Shown here in pieces: positions 28,596-38,001 of a stretch of DNA of 64,000 nt. The notes under the pieces were generated by a model that saw only the letters and a list, made by a program, of their open reading frames with translations, was not told the DNA's origin and did not search any database. Each line of letters opens with the position of its first letter. Position 1 is the first letter of the stretch. The DNA comes from a virus, in IMG/VR virus record IMGVR_UViG_3300022562_001757, positions 18,654-82,653 of that record; one strand, 5' to 3'. Made by a program: the position numbers and the translations under genes.

Positions 28596-28874
28596 TCAGC
28601 GCGCCGCCTTTGCAGGGCGAATTCGATAGATGGTCTTTACCAACGCAGCACTCTTGTCCGGCCGAACCATAACCACCATGCGGATGCCGGCTTTTTCTAG
28701 AAGCTTGATTCCAATGCCATCAGGCGTTTCTGTGCCGAAGAATAGCACGTCTTTGATTTGCGCTTCTGTAATTCCTAGATGCACGGCGCGGTTTATGGCG
28801 TGTTGGCTAAAGTTCACGCTGCCAAATCCTGGAACATCCTCGTATAAGTCTCCGCGGCTTAGGTAGCTTTTCAT
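28596..28874 (-). CDS. DUF4258-like (RelE/BrnT-fold) putative RNase
   Basis: FSQHAINRA..GITEAQIKDVL..G and C-terminal VKTIY motif; AGGAGG RBS. Confidence 0.65.
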   Translation of the reverse strand: MKSYLSRGDLYEDVPGFGSVNFSQHAINRAVHLGITEAQIKDVLFFGTETPDGIGIKLLEKAGIRMVVMVRPDKSAALVKTIYRIRPAKAAR

Positions 28875-28910
28875 GCGTTCCTCCTAGCACTGCGAGGATC
28901 CGCGCGTTAG

Positions 28911-29102
28911 TCATCCAGGTTGCTGCACTTCGTTGCTCCACCAATAGCAAAGTCCGCTTTTCCCTCTGCCGTTGTCAGGGCACGCTTCGCAGTACCACTC
29001 GCCGGCGATCATCGACCGCCATTGGTCTTCGTTGAGCATGGACGCCGGGCTGCGCTTCACCTTGTGCAGCGCACCTCCGCACTGTGGGCACTTAGGATTT
29101 AG
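28911..29102 (-). CDS. small zinc-finger protein, start unclear
   Basis: CPQCGG...WYCEAC; no clear ATG at the expected position. Confidence 0.4.
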   Translation of the reverse strand, partial: LNPKCPQCGGALHKVKRSPASMLNEDQWRSMIAGEWYCEACPDNGRGKSGLCYWWSNEVQQPG

Positions 29103-29307
29103 AATTTTCTCTTTTCCGCGCCTGGCACTCGGGACAGGTCGGTTGCCGCTTCTCCAGCCCGAGCGGCAGCACGATAAAATGCTTGCACCGCGTCTCGACG
29201 CTGAAGTCATCCGCGTTAGGCTTTTTCCGGCCCTTGACGGCGCACCAGTGGATGTCGTTGCTCTCGCGGTCGCTTTTCCAGGCTACACACCAACGGTCTT
29301 TAGGCAT
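29092..29307 (-). CDS. small Cys-rich protein
   Basis: GGAGG RBS, MPKDRWC..., CPEC. Confidence 0.55.
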   Translation of the reverse strand: MPKDRWCVAWKSDRESNDIHWCAVKGRKKPNADDFSVETRCKHFIVLPLGLEKRQPTCPECQARKRENSKS

Positions 29308-29324
29308 CGCCGTCTTCCTCCACA

Positions 29325-29380
29325 CGTGGCCGGCTAGTTTTCTGACTCCGCGCGTGGCCGGCTAGTTTTCTGACTCCGCG
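29325..29380. repeat. perfect 28-bp tandem duplication
   Basis: CGTGGCCGGCTAGTTTTCTGACTCCGCG x2. Confidence 0.95.
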
Positions 29381-29395
29381 CGAGATAAACGATCG

Positions 29396-29710
29396 CTAGT
29401 CCGCCACGTAGCGCACTTCGGCTGGCGTGTATTCACGCTTGCGCTGCACCTTGTACCAGCCTGGGTCGAGGTCGATGTTGCCGTGTTCCTCGTGCTGCAC
29501 CTGAGCGCGCTCTTGCAGATGGAGGTACACCATGCCGGCCATCATGTAGAGCGCTGCCCGACGCGCCGCGATGGCGTGAGCGTGGCCTGTAGCCTCACCT
29601 TCAGCCAACACGAGACGCCCACGGTCATCGCGCTGCGCCGTTTCCGCACCTGCGATCTCAACAGGGGTTGTCGGAATCAATAGAACGTCACCTTGTCTGA
29701 ACATCTTCAC
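29396..29710 (-). CDS. small conserved protein usually paired with DUF6745 proteins
   Basis: RQGDVLL..LAEGEATGHAH..HEEH..RKREY motifs; AAGGAG RBS. Confidence 0.85.
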   Translation of the reverse strand: MKMFRQGDVLLIPTTPVEIAGAETAQRDDRGRLVLAEGEATGHAHAIAARRAALYMMAGMVYLHLQERAQVQHEEHGNIDLDPGWYKVQRKREYTPAEVRYVAD

Positions 29711-29730
29711 TCTCCTTGGTAGTTTCGCAC

Positions 29731-29821
29731 CACGTAACTCGGATCGAAGTTAAGTGACTCGCCACCGGCATCGGATCCGGCACCGTTGCTAATCTCCGCA
29801 CTTCTTTTCACGGAGCTTAGC
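29731..29821 (-). promoter_or_regulatory. structured 5' leader / intergenic RNA with three hairpins
   Basis: Stems with G-U pairs on the minus strand; two hairpins carry GATCCGA at their tips. Confidence 0.5.
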
Positions 29822-29843
29822 GCATTTTATAGCGGAGCACAAG

Positions 29844-30896
29844 TCAGGTCTCCACCAGGGGTTTATATTCGTCCTTTGGCAGCTCCCACTGCCAAGCAAA
29901 GGCTTCTTCGAGCGTGCGTATATTACCAGGTACACGCTCGTAGTAGACCTTATGGTGTCCATCAGGTTCTGGCGTAGAGTTTACGACTTCCGTCATCACC
30001 AGCGGCTCGTCGTTCAGCTGTTCTGCGCATAGCAATCGTCTAGGATGCCCAAGCGGATCGATATCTTCGTCTAGCACCGCTGCGTCAATAGCGCGCAAAT
30101 AGCGCCCGGCACCGTAGCGTTCGATCATCACACGCCGCACTTCCACATTGTTTTCTGCCGCTATGCCTTGCGGTGTGATGGTTTCTGAATTTTCGATAAC
30201 CTCTCGCGAAACCCGAACTCCATGGATGGCCCATACGCCCCACCCATCAGGATACTGGATGGCTGGTCCGCTGGTGTTGTGGAGACGATGTTGCTCATCC
30301 CGGTGAAGACATGCGGGACGTTCGGAAAGGATGACGGTGTCTTCAAACGGCCACCACCAACCACTACTCCTGGCTACCTCAATCTGTGGTCCTGGGTCGG
30401 CCGATGAGGTCAGCCCGAAAATATCCTTTACGGTTTGGTAATGACCAAGCCAAAAGATGTCGTGCGGACCGAAGCAAGGCCGTTCCACAAGCTGCCCAAG
30501 TTGTTCCCTAAGCTGGTCCCCGAGCTGTTCCCAAAGCTGGTACCAAAGCTGGTCCCCGAGCTGTTCACAAAGCTGGTACCAAAGCTGTTCCCTAAGCTGT
30601 TCCCTAAGCTGTTCCCTAAGCTGTTCCCTAAGCTGGTCCCTAAGCTGGTCCCTAAGCTGGTCCCTAATATTGTCCCCGAGCGGCGTACCAAGCGTGTTGG
30701 CGGCCAGAAAGAAGCCTTCATGCGGACTTCGCGCCCACAGGATCTTTTTTGGTTCTGGAAGCCCACGTTCACGATAGGCAGCCTTTACTCCGGCTTCGGC
30801 GCGCGGTCGATCGGCGGGACCGGTTTGCGTTCCCAACCGCAGCCATTCTGTGCGCGCGGCGTAGACTTTCTGCCATTGTTCTTCGGTGATTTTCAT
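29844..30896 (-). CDS. DUF6745-domain protein, paralog 1, with QLxx repeats
   Basis: GWWWPF..ILSERP..LHRD..RLH..GPAIQYPDGW..HGV signature. Confidence 0.85.
   Translation of the reverse strand: MKITEEQWQKVYAARTEWLRLGTQTGPADRPRAEAGVKAAYRERGLPEPKKILWARSPHEGFFLAANTLGTPLGDNIRDQLRDQLRDQLREQLREQLREQLREQLWYQLCEQLGDQLWYQLWEQLGDQLREQLGQLVERPCFGPHDIFWLGHYQTVKDIFGLTSSADPGPQIEVARSSGWWWPFEDTVILSERPACLHRDEQHRLHNTSGPAIQYPDGWGVWAIHGVRVSREVIENSETITPQGIAAENNVEVRRVMIERYGAGRYLRAIDAAVLDEDIDPLGHPRRLLCAEQLNDEPLVMTEVVNSTPEPDGHHKVYYERVPGNIRTLEEAFAWQWELPKDEYKPLVET
30489..30670. repeat. 12-bp coding tandem repeat (CAGCTT-NGG-GAN; QLR/WD/E)
   Basis: Repeated AAGCTG units on the plus strand. Confidence 0.9.
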
Positions 30897-31198
30897 GGCT
30901 TCTTTTTGCGCCGCCTTCGTCGCAGGGTGGTCGCGCTTTCATTCCACACGACTGGCGTTCCCGCCGTCCCATACCAATCGCCGATGCGCTGTGCTTCAAC
31001 AAGAAAACGCATCAACGATACCTGCGAAACGCAGAAGTTCTGGTCATCTGGATCCACCGCGTAGGCATCCCACAAGGCTTTTCCACTACGCCACCACGTG
31101 CCCTGGTAGCCCGGATTGATGTGCACTTCGTAAAATTGCATTTCCGTTACAGCGTGCTGCGAAAGTAGACGGGCATTATCCGTCTGTGCTCTTACCAT
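30893..31198 (-). CDS. hypothetical protein (start MVRAQTD)
   Basis: 3' part of ORF 30893..31417; ATGA overlap with DUF6745 gene. Confidence 0.5.
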   Translation of the reverse strand: MVRAQTDNARLLSQHAVTEMQFYEVHINPGYQGTWWRSGKALWDAYAVDPDDQNFCVSQVSLMRFLVEAQRIGDWYGTAGTPVVWNESATTLRRRRRKKKP

Positions 31199-31628
31199 TC
31201 TTCTGTTCCAGCAAATTGTGGGCGCGCATCCAAGCTGCCCGAAGCACGAAGTCGGTCGTCGTATCGAAATGCTCGACTGCGGCACGTTGAATGGTTTCCT
31301 TCTCTTCGAGTTCCATTGAGATTGACACCATTTCCTTTTCGCCGACATCATCGCCGGTAATGTAGCAGCGGTCGCGATCCACCGTGATCCAATTAAGTAC
31401 GGGAACCTTCGTGCCATCCTCCTGTTGCTCTAGTGTCCAGACAACATTTGGTCGCGTTTCGACCGGAGCGTTGCCCATGATTCTGCGCGCCAACCCGAGG
31501 GCAGCGCCAACCATGAAGGCACTCCGATTAGGATCGACACCTAGCAGATCAGCTAGGTACTCTACCGCCTCGTCAATTTTATCTTTGATGCGCACCGGCA
31601 CGCGAATCGTCAAATTGTGCTCTGACAT
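31176..31628 (-). CDS. tandem ribbon-helix-helix (DUF1778/TacA-like) DNA-binding protein
   Basis: LTIRVP..IKDKIDEA..NRSAFM and VSISME..KETIQRAA..TTDFVLRAA. Confidence 0.65.
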   Translation of the reverse strand: MSEHNLTIRVPVRIKDKIDEAVEYLADLLGVDPNRSAFMVGAALGLARRIMGNAPVETRPNVVWTLEQQEDGTKVPVLNWITVDRDRCYITGDDVGEKEMVSISMELEEKETIQRAAVEHFDTTTDFVLRAAWMRAHNLLEQKNGKSTDG

Positions 31629-31658
31629 GCTTGAACTCCAAACGCAAGTGTCCCTAGT

Positions 31659-31687
31659 GTTATACCAAAACGGTATTACGCTGTCAA
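31659..31687 (-). promoter_or_regulatory. sigma70-like promoter with CGTAATAC spacer motif
   Basis: TTGACA-GCGTAATACCGTTTTGG-TATAAC (17 nt). Confidence 0.8.
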
Positions 31688-31698
31688 TCCTGATTGTA

Positions 31699-32340
31699 TT
31701 ACGGATGTCGACGGAGGAAGTGCAGGAACTTTAAGAGCTTTTTAGGCTGGCAATGGAACAAAATGATGGTTTGGCGTCGATGGCGAGCGCGCCAGCGGAC
31801 TTGGCGCCACATACGAAGGGCCGAAGTGCGGTAGTCGTCGACGTCCCACATGACCGTACGAAGGTGCATGTGGCGGACCTCGTGAATCAGTTCAGGGCAC
31901 CAGAAGCCACCGGGCGGGCGAAAAAATTTCATGTCCACGCCCGTAGCACGCTTGACGACCTTGTGGTTTGTACTGAGCTGCCAATGGATCCACCGACGCC
32001 GGACAGCGCGATTCTTCTTTCGGCACATGAAAGGATGGTCAAGGCTATGGTTGCCCAGCAGGTGCCCTGCACGGTAGATGGCCATGAGCCGCTCATAGTG
32101 CCAGCGGTTGGGCGCATAGCGTGGATTCTGATAGTAGTAGCGGACTCCCCAAGCGTTGATGAAAAATATGGCGCGCAGATGATACGTCTTGAGGATCTTC
32201 AAGACTTCTTTGGTGTGCTGGCAGGGGTGATCATCCACCGTCCAGATAATCCGGTGCTGATGGCCATCAATGACTTCATTCGTATGTGGCAACGGCGGCG
32301 AAACCGCGGACAACAGAAACAGAACAGGAAGTAACATCAT
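31699..32340 (-). CDS. polysaccharide deacetylase (NodB/CE4 family), signal peptide
   Basis: TVDD, GNHSLDH, FRPPGG, VMWDVD, IILFH motifs. Confidence 0.88.
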   Translation of the reverse strand: MMLLPVLFLLSAVSPPLPHTNEVIDGHQHRIIWTVDDHPCQHTKEVLKILKTYHLRAIFFINAWGVRYYYQNPRYAPNRWHYERLMAIYRAGHLLGNHSLDHPFMCRKKNRAVRRRWIHWQLSTNHKVVKRATGVDMKFFRPPGGFWCPELIHEVRHMHLRTVMWDVDDYRTSALRMWRQVRWRARHRRQTIILFHCQPKKLLKFLHFLRRHP

Positions 32341-32894
32341 GACTGCTTGCGAGCGAAAAATGGTTGCGGGTCAAGCGTTGACGGGCCGTCGAAGGCTTTA
32401 TCTCCGCGGCCTGACAGCTTGGCGTCTACGTGCGCTTGGAGCACTTCCAAGCAGTAGCGGTAGAGGCCCACACGGCGACCACTTTTAGCATGGGTATGCT
32501 CCCCTGCCAAGATTTTAAGCCTACCATGGAGTTCTCTGGACATGTGCAACGATACGATGACTGGAGCGTTGTCTTCGCCTGCTTCTGGAATGAAGGTTTC
32601 TTGGGCGTTGGCAGCCGAGCTGACCAGGCTCCAAAGGCGCTGACGGGCTTTGGGATTGTGCGGAATGTGCTGCATCGCCAGGTCTTGTGCCAACCCGATT
32701 TTCTTGCTCAGGCTGTATTGCGCAAGTCGATGTAGCACGTCGTGGCAAGAAGCACAAAGCCAGACAGTGTTTTCTTCCGTATCGGGGCCGCCGAAACCTT
32801 GGGGGATGACGTGGTGGAGATGCAGCAGGCGGGTACTGACGGGCCGTTCACAATGCACGAAGCAAACGGCCATTTGCTCTTTTCTGTCGGCCAT
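32337..32894 (-). CDS. HNH endonuclease
   Basis: HHVIPQGFGGPD..N..LCASCH..H. Confidence 0.85.
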   Translation of the reverse strand: MADRKEQMAVCFVHCERPVSTRLLHLHHVIPQGFGGPDTEENTVWLCASCHDVLHRLAQYSLSKKIGLAQDLAMQHIPHNPKARQRLWSLVSSAANAQETFIPEAGEDNAPVIVSLHMSRELHGRLKILAGEHTHAKSGRRVGLYRYCLEVLQAHVDAKLSGRGDKAFDGPSTLDPQPFFARKQS

Positions 32895-33127
32895 CAGGAC
32901 ATGACGATTCTAAGTGACCGCCGCAGTAGCGTGTCGAGATTGGTGCCTTTGAGCAGCATCACGGGCGGCGTGAACCGCGGTGCGAGTTCGCGATCGCTGT
33001 GTGGCGCCACAATCAGCGTGCTTCGGTTACCATCCGGACCGCGGTACGTAATCTGCACTTCTCCGGATGTGATATTCCGAACTACGACTTTGCCTTCTGC
33101 AATTGCCTTCTTGAGCTTTTTCGACAT
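32894..33127 (-). CDS. hypothetical protein (77 aa)
   Basis: ORF tiling after tape measure. Confidence 0.6.
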   Translation of the reverse strand: MSKKLKKAIAEGKVVVRNITSGEVQITYRGPDGNRSTLIVAPHSDRELAPRFTPPVMLLKGTNLDTLLRRSLRIVMS

Positions 33128-33129
33128 GA

Positions 33130-36120
33130 TTATCCGCCTGTGTGTGTTCCGTTAGGATTGTTGCCCTGGTTCATGCGCTGCTGTGTCGCCACAGTCATTT
33201 GGTTTACGTCGACCAAGACAAAGCCCGAATTTGCGTTTTGCACCGGGAGCTTTACCACGCCAGTGGCATCTGGGCGGAATGGAGTAACAGTGCCTTCATT
33301 TCCGCCAGCTGCTGGCTCAGTACCTGTGGTGATGTTGATGTTTGGCTGTCGACGATCAGCCATTTGCTGGGCAGCGGCCGGCGGCAAGCCTACTTGCAGT
33401 CTGCCTTGATTGGCAACCATCTGGCGTGCAAACATTTCCGTCATGCCGCCAAGGCCAGCAAATTCTCCAATCATGGACGTTTGCTCGGTGCGCTCGGCAG
33501 CGCGCTCACCCTCTTTACCGCCACCAAACAGCTTGGCCGTAAATTCTGGGTCGCTAAGGATCTCTTTCAAGTCGCGGCGCTGTGAACGCGTGAAGCGCTT
33601 CGCTATGGCTTCCGGATCCGTCAGCAAGCTCTGAAATGCTGCAATGTCCTGCGACGTCTTGAGGCCAGCGCGCACCTTCATCAAGTCTTCCTTGCGCAAG
33701 CCAACAAAGCCTTCGCCACCACCTTCTGCCGCGCGAATCCTTCCCGCGATGCTTTCTCGCCGGCCCTCAAACGTCTTTTGCAGATATTCGGTTTGCTTTA
33801 TTGAGGCGGCTATACCCTCTTTGCTTACCTTGATATGATGCTTCAGCTGCTCGTTGTATTTTTCCTGTTTTTCGATATAGTCCCTTTGTACCGGAGAGAG
33901 CTTATCCCAGTTTTTCCTGGCCTTTTCAATTGACGCGGTAAGTAGCTTGGATTCCTTTTCCGTCTCCGGTGTAGCCATACCACGAACGCGCGAAATAGGT
34001 CCAGTGTAGGCGCCCTTGCCTAGTCCGACATCAAAGCCAAATATATTTCCCAGACCTTGAGCCCATTGGGCGCCGACGTCGGCCACAGCGCCAAATAGCT
34101 CATTTCGGGACAACGCTCCTGAGATCGAACTGTCCTTTCCGCCAAGCTCTGGGCGCTTGGCTGTCTCGCCAAGTCCCATCCATTTACCAACTGACTTATC
34201 AATCTGGCGCCCAAAGGTAACGCCGGTGATCCCGCTAATTCCTCCAAGTATCGCTCCTTGGGTTGTTTTGGCTGAGAAGGCGCCGGTAATGGCGTCAGTA
34301 ATGACTTTTCCAAGCAGCAGACCACCAGCAACAGTTTTCACACCGCCAAGCAGCGCCCCGCCAGCGCCCAGAATACGACTACCAAAACCAACTTTTGCCG
34401 CGGTTGGTGCAACGGCAGCAGCAGGCGCACCAATAGCTGGTGCCATCGCTCCAGCAGCAGGAGCGAGCGCAGGCGCTGCGGCTGCTCCTCCACCAAAAAT
34501 TTTGCTTAGCAATCCACCACCTGCACCACCGCCTCCAAATAGCAAGCGCGCGGCGACCAGCTGCACACCGGCCAAGATACCCATCAACAAGATGGGATTG
34601 TTCTCCAGTAGCTTGTACAGCTTCTGCTGCACTTCGTACATCTTCTTGGCCATTTGATACTGAAGACTTTGCGGTGTATAACCAGCCTTCATCAGATCGT
34701 CGAACTTGGTCTTAAACACGTCGAGCTGTTCGCGGTGTTGCTCCTCTTCTTCCTTGGTTTTCGGAGTGACCTTTGCCATGGAGTCTTGAAGTTTATGAGT
34801 AGCTATTAGCTCCGTAAGCGTACCTGCCATGTATGGTTCCATGCCGGCGACGTTTTGCATATAGGCAGTCAATTGGCCGTAATTTCCGTTGGTTGCCTTT
34901 ACCAAGTCATCCAAGATCATACGGCTGGCTTGTGAGTCACCGCGCATTGCACCAACTAGCTCACGCCATCGAGTAATGTCTGCTTCACCCTTAGTGCGCT
35001 CCAAAACGGCTTCCACGCGCTTTCGAGTCTGCTGGTTGGTGATTTGGTCGAGTCGCCCTTCCATCGCGTCGATATTCGATGCCATCCGCATGGCGAAGAC
35101 ATTGTCTACTTTTTGCAAAGATGACATAAGTCTACCAAATCCACCCGCCACCGCAGCTTGCTCTGACGACGTCATGCCAGCTTTTGCGGCACCTTCAATC
35201 GACTTTACCACAGCAGCACTGTATGCTTCAGCGTCCATCACACCATGCTGGAATTCACCCTGCATGTTTTTTATGATGCCGATGAATTCTTGGCGGCTAA
35301 TACGCCCAGTCTTCATGAAGCGGTCACCGAGCTTGTTCAAGCTCTGCGTCAGCATGTCAGCTTGGCGCGCCACACCGAGCATTTCGCGCTGTGCTTCTCC
35401 AATAGTCTTGTTGGAAAAGCGCATACGGTTTTCGAGGAACTCCGCAGCATGTGCCGCGTCGACACCCATAAAGTTGGCCCACTTGATGGTGTCTTTGGTA
35501 AGCGTGCTCAAAGAACCAGACATGTCTGCTTGTGCTGCCAGCTGTCCTTTGAAGCGGTCCATCAAGTCCGTAGACACCTGGCGGACTTTTTCTACCTCTA
35601 AACCGTACTCTGCGGCCACGTCACGCGCGTTGGCATACGCATCGTGCACCGCGTCAACAAAGCGCTGCGATTGTTTTCCTGCGGTGCCAATGGCATCGGT
35701 GGTCGCATAGGCGGACGCGGCGAAGGCTTTTTGGCCTTGACGCATCTCTTCCATCATGCGGTTGTACACGTTGGTGACGGAAATAGTCTGCTTGAGCTTA
35801 CCGAGGAAGCTTGTCAGCGCGCCGCCTGCGTCATGAAACTGCGACTGAAGAGACCCTACTTGTGCCGCTGCTTTCTTGATACTATCAATCTGCTCACGAA
35901 GTACATCGTCAAGGGACTCGAATTTCTTTTCGACATCAGCAACACGCTTTCCCAGACGACCGAAATTCTGCTCAAACCGTCGTGCAGGATCCGCACTACG
36001 CCGCAAAGAATCAGATAGCTCATCATTGCGCTTCCGCAACATTGCCATCATGTCCGCAGCTTCGGACAATTTCTTTAGCTGGTCAGGCGTAAATTTGCTG
36101 ATGTCGATGTCGTCAGCCAT
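33130..36120 (-). CDS. tape measure-like protein (996 aa)
   Basis: Long helical/coiled-coil protein with Gly/Ala-rich hydrophobic segments, directly after tail chaperones. Confidence 0.75.
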   Translation of the reverse strand: MADDIDISKFTPDQLKKLSEAADMMAMLRKRNDELSDSLRRSADPARRFEQNFGRLGKRVADVEKKFESLDDVLREQIDSIKKAAAQVGSLQSQFHDAGGALTSFLGKLKQTISVTNVYNRMMEEMRQGQKAFAASAYATTDAIGTAGKQSQRFVDAVHDAYANARDVAAEYGLEVEKVRQVSTDLMDRFKGQLAAQADMSGSLSTLTKDTIKWANFMGVDAAHAAEFLENRMRFSNKTIGEAQREMLGVARQADMLTQSLNKLGDRFMKTGRISRQEFIGIIKNMQGEFQHGVMDAEAYSAAVVKSIEGAAKAGMTSSEQAAVAGGFGRLMSSLQKVDNVFAMRMASNIDAMEGRLDQITNQQTRKRVEAVLERTKGEADITRWRELVGAMRGDSQASRMILDDLVKATNGNYGQLTAYMQNVAGMEPYMAGTLTELIATHKLQDSMAKVTPKTKEEEEQHREQLDVFKTKFDDLMKAGYTPQSLQYQMAKKMYEVQQKLYKLLENNPILLMGILAGVQLVAARLLFGGGGAGGGLLSKIFGGGAAAAPALAPAAGAMAPAIGAPAAAVAPTAAKVGFGSRILGAGGALLGGVKTVAGGLLLGKVITDAITGAFSAKTTQGAILGGISGITGVTFGRQIDKSVGKWMGLGETAKRPELGGKDSSISGALSRNELFGAVADVGAQWAQGLGNIFGFDVGLGKGAYTGPISRVRGMATPETEKESKLLTASIEKARKNWDKLSPVQRDYIEKQEKYNEQLKHHIKVSKEGIAASIKQTEYLQKTFEGRRESIAGRIRAAEGGGEGFVGLRKEDLMKVRAGLKTSQDIAAFQSLLTDPEAIAKRFTRSQRRDLKEILSDPEFTAKLFGGGKEGERAAERTEQTSMIGEFAGLGGMTEMFARQMVANQGRLQVGLPPAAAQQMADRRQPNINITTGTEPAAGGNEGTVTPFRPDATGVVKLPVQNANSGFVLVDVNQMTVATQQRMNQGNNPNGTHTGG

Positions 36121-36679
36121 AGCGCTCAGTTATCCAACTTGGTAGGTTTCTTTCCGCACGGCGCACTTTTCGCGGTGCGCGCTTCTGCCACGCTGTTTTG
36201 TTAGAATACGGGTCCTTCGGGGCGTGCGGCATGATGTTCGACTGCACGAACTTTGCGAATGCTGCGCGATCGCTATCGAACAGGTCTTCAAAGTCATCGT
36301 CACGCCGCGCCCATTCTGGTGCGCCCCTGCCAAATTTCTGCCCGAACATCTTCTTGACTTGCTCTTGCAGTTCGGGCTCGATAGCAACGGCAAGAGGAAT
36401 GAACACTTCTTCTAGTGGCTTTTTGCCTGCCTTCCGACCTACGTCCGCCTCGGCAAACAATCCATCCACCATGTTGCGCGTCCAGCGCGTCCCCAGCATT
36501 TCTCCCAGGGTGTCGAACTTTTCTCGGTTGACTTTTTCGTTCCAATGCAACGCGAACATTAACGCGGTTGGATTACGGAAGAGCCTCTGGGCGCGCTCGT
36601 CTGTCGGCAGTAGGCCAGCATAAGTGATTACTCGTCCCCAGGCGGAGAGGTAGGGGTCGTTGTCTGCTTCGCTGACCAA
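36113..36679 (-). CDS. tail assembly chaperone, frameshift extension (gpT-like)
   Basis: Overlaps the upstream gene in the -1 frame right after a slippery site; only a weak TTG start. Confidence 0.75.
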   Translation of the reverse strand: MVSEADNDPYLSAWGRVITYAGLLPTDERAQRLFRNPTALMFALHWNEKVNREKFDTLGEMLGTRWTRNMVDGLFAEADVGRKAGKKPLEEVFIPLAVAIEPELQEQVKKMFGQKFGRGAPEWARRDDDFEDLFDSDRAAFAKFVQSNIMPHAPKDPYSNKTAWQKRAPRKVRRAERNLPSWITERYG

Positions 36680-37977
36680 TCTAGTAAAGGGTACGTCTCA
36701 TCTTTGGCTTCCGACCGCATTTTTACCAAATCGGTCATTAGCTTCCACAGCTCGTTCAGCCGCTCGAATGGGCCGAACTCGTTCTGAAGCCATTCGTACA
36801 TCTTTTCGGCGTACTGGATTCGCAGCGTCGCCGGAACATCCATCAAATCTTGGGCTGCACCACAATAGGCGCACTTTTCGGCGTCTACTTTTACTTCGTG
36901 CGCGCATCCTGGGCAGAGCTTGGAGTGCAGACTAATTGGCACACGCTCGACATGTGGAAGAGTCTGGCCAAGACCCGGTACGTCAATTTCGTACTCGGTC
37001 AGAATTGGCAGGTTAAACACTTTCCAAAGTGGGGTGTCATCGAGTCCAACCAGACCGGTCGACACACCCAAGGCTGGCGCGACCATCACACGACTTAGCG
37101 GTTCTTCTGGCAGCTGTGTATACAGCCAGTAGTCAACCTGCGCAGGTGCGGGGGCAAAATGCCACTTCATCCCACCCCATTCAACCGCCGCCGACTTGAT
37201 GGCCTTGAGACCCAAATTCCGGCGAAGCTTGTCCAGAATGAGGGAACGCTCTACCTTGGGAGGCGTACGGCGCACCGTGGTGTCCACGATGGCGGCCTCG
37301 GCCATCTTCTGGAGACGTACCCCTAGCAGGGGATCTCCTGACTGCCTAGCCCGCTCAGCTTCCTGAAGCAGGGCAGAGACCACGGTAGCGCTGTTGTCAG
37401 GCCCACCAGGGCCCCTACCGTCACCGCCAGAGGGGGGAGCAGGGGGTGGCGCTCCTGGCGGTCCAGGAGGCGGCTGTGGAGCTGTGGAGCCCATATGCCC
37501 TTGTGGCGCCACAGAGGCTCCCTGGTCGTCGCGAAGGAAGTCCGGCATCAACGCCTCGGCTTGGTTCTCGCCGAACTGCTGAGCGGCATCTTGAGCCGTC
37601 TGCTGGGCCACCTGGCGGGCGTAGTGGCGTTGATGAGCAACGGCATCCGGTAGCGGATCGCCCCGCATGTTCACGTTGCCGGCATAGGCAAGGTGCCCAC
37701 GCGCCAGGTCATCCGACGTGAGAGGGTGCATCTCACGGCCTGCGATGTTCACCGGCGGTAGGGTGGGCTCAAAGCCCATCGGATCAGGGATGTAGGTTGA
37801 GTCTTCCGGAATGGAAAAATCACCAGCGTTCGACCGCGGAACGGCAAAGTCTTCCGGCTGACCGAAATTCGACCGTGGTTCCTCGGATGGTACGTTGGGT
37901 TGGCGGTGCCGGCTAACGCGGCGATGAGGTCGAACGATAGGAGCGCGTGGGTCCGAAGGCCCAGAATTCTGAGTCAT
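36628..37977 (-). CDS. tail assembly chaperone (gpG-like) with Pro-rich N-terminus and CxxC zinc ribbon
   Basis: Position between tube and tape measure; CPGC..CAYC; slippery site near 3' end. Confidence 0.7.
   Translation of the reverse strand: MTQNSGPSDPRAPIVRPHRRVSRHRQPNVPSEEPRSNFGQPEDFAVPRSNAGDFSIPEDSTYIPDPMGFEPTLPPVNIAGREMHPLTSDDLARGHLAYAGNVNMRGDPLPDAVAHQRHYARQVAQQTAQDAAQQFGENQAEALMPDFLRDDQGASVAPQGHMGSTAPQPPPGPPGAPPPAPPSGGDGRGPGGPDNSATVVSALLQEAERARQSGDPLLGVRLQKMAEAAIVDTTVRRTPPKVERSLILDKLRRNLGLKAIKSAAVEWGGMKWHFAPAPAQVDYWLYTQLPEEPLSRVMVAPALGVSTGLVGLDDTPLWKVFNLPILTEYEIDVPGLGQTLPHVERVPISLHSKLCPGCAHEVKVDAEKCAYCGAAQDLMDVPATLRIQYAEKMYEWLQNEFGPFERLNELWKLMTDLVKMRSEAKDETYPLLDWSAKQTTTPTSPPGDE
36685..36691 (-). 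promoter_or_regulatory. programmed -1 frameshift slippery heptamer C CCT TTA
   Basis: X XXY YYZ in frame with ORF 36628..37977; the -1 frame is ORF 36113..36679. Confidence 0.85.
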
Positions 37978-38001
37978 GATGTTGTCCTGTGATGTTGCGA
38001 T

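Noticed and set aside
29720-29830. Hammerhead ribozyme or tracrRNA in the three-hairpin leader
   Set aside because: CGAAAC is present but there is no CUGANGA core, no anti-repeat and no cas genes.
30489-30670. Repeat tracts as a CRISPR array or DGR variable region
   Set aside because: Contiguous 12-bp coding units with no spacers. No cas or reverse transcriptase gene in the window, and differences are not adenine-specific.
30435-31064. Plus-strand ORFs with PKLF/PKLV repeats (also 58986..59468, 59987..60601)
   Set aside because: Antisense shadows of the 12-bp QLxx repeats in DUF6745 genes.
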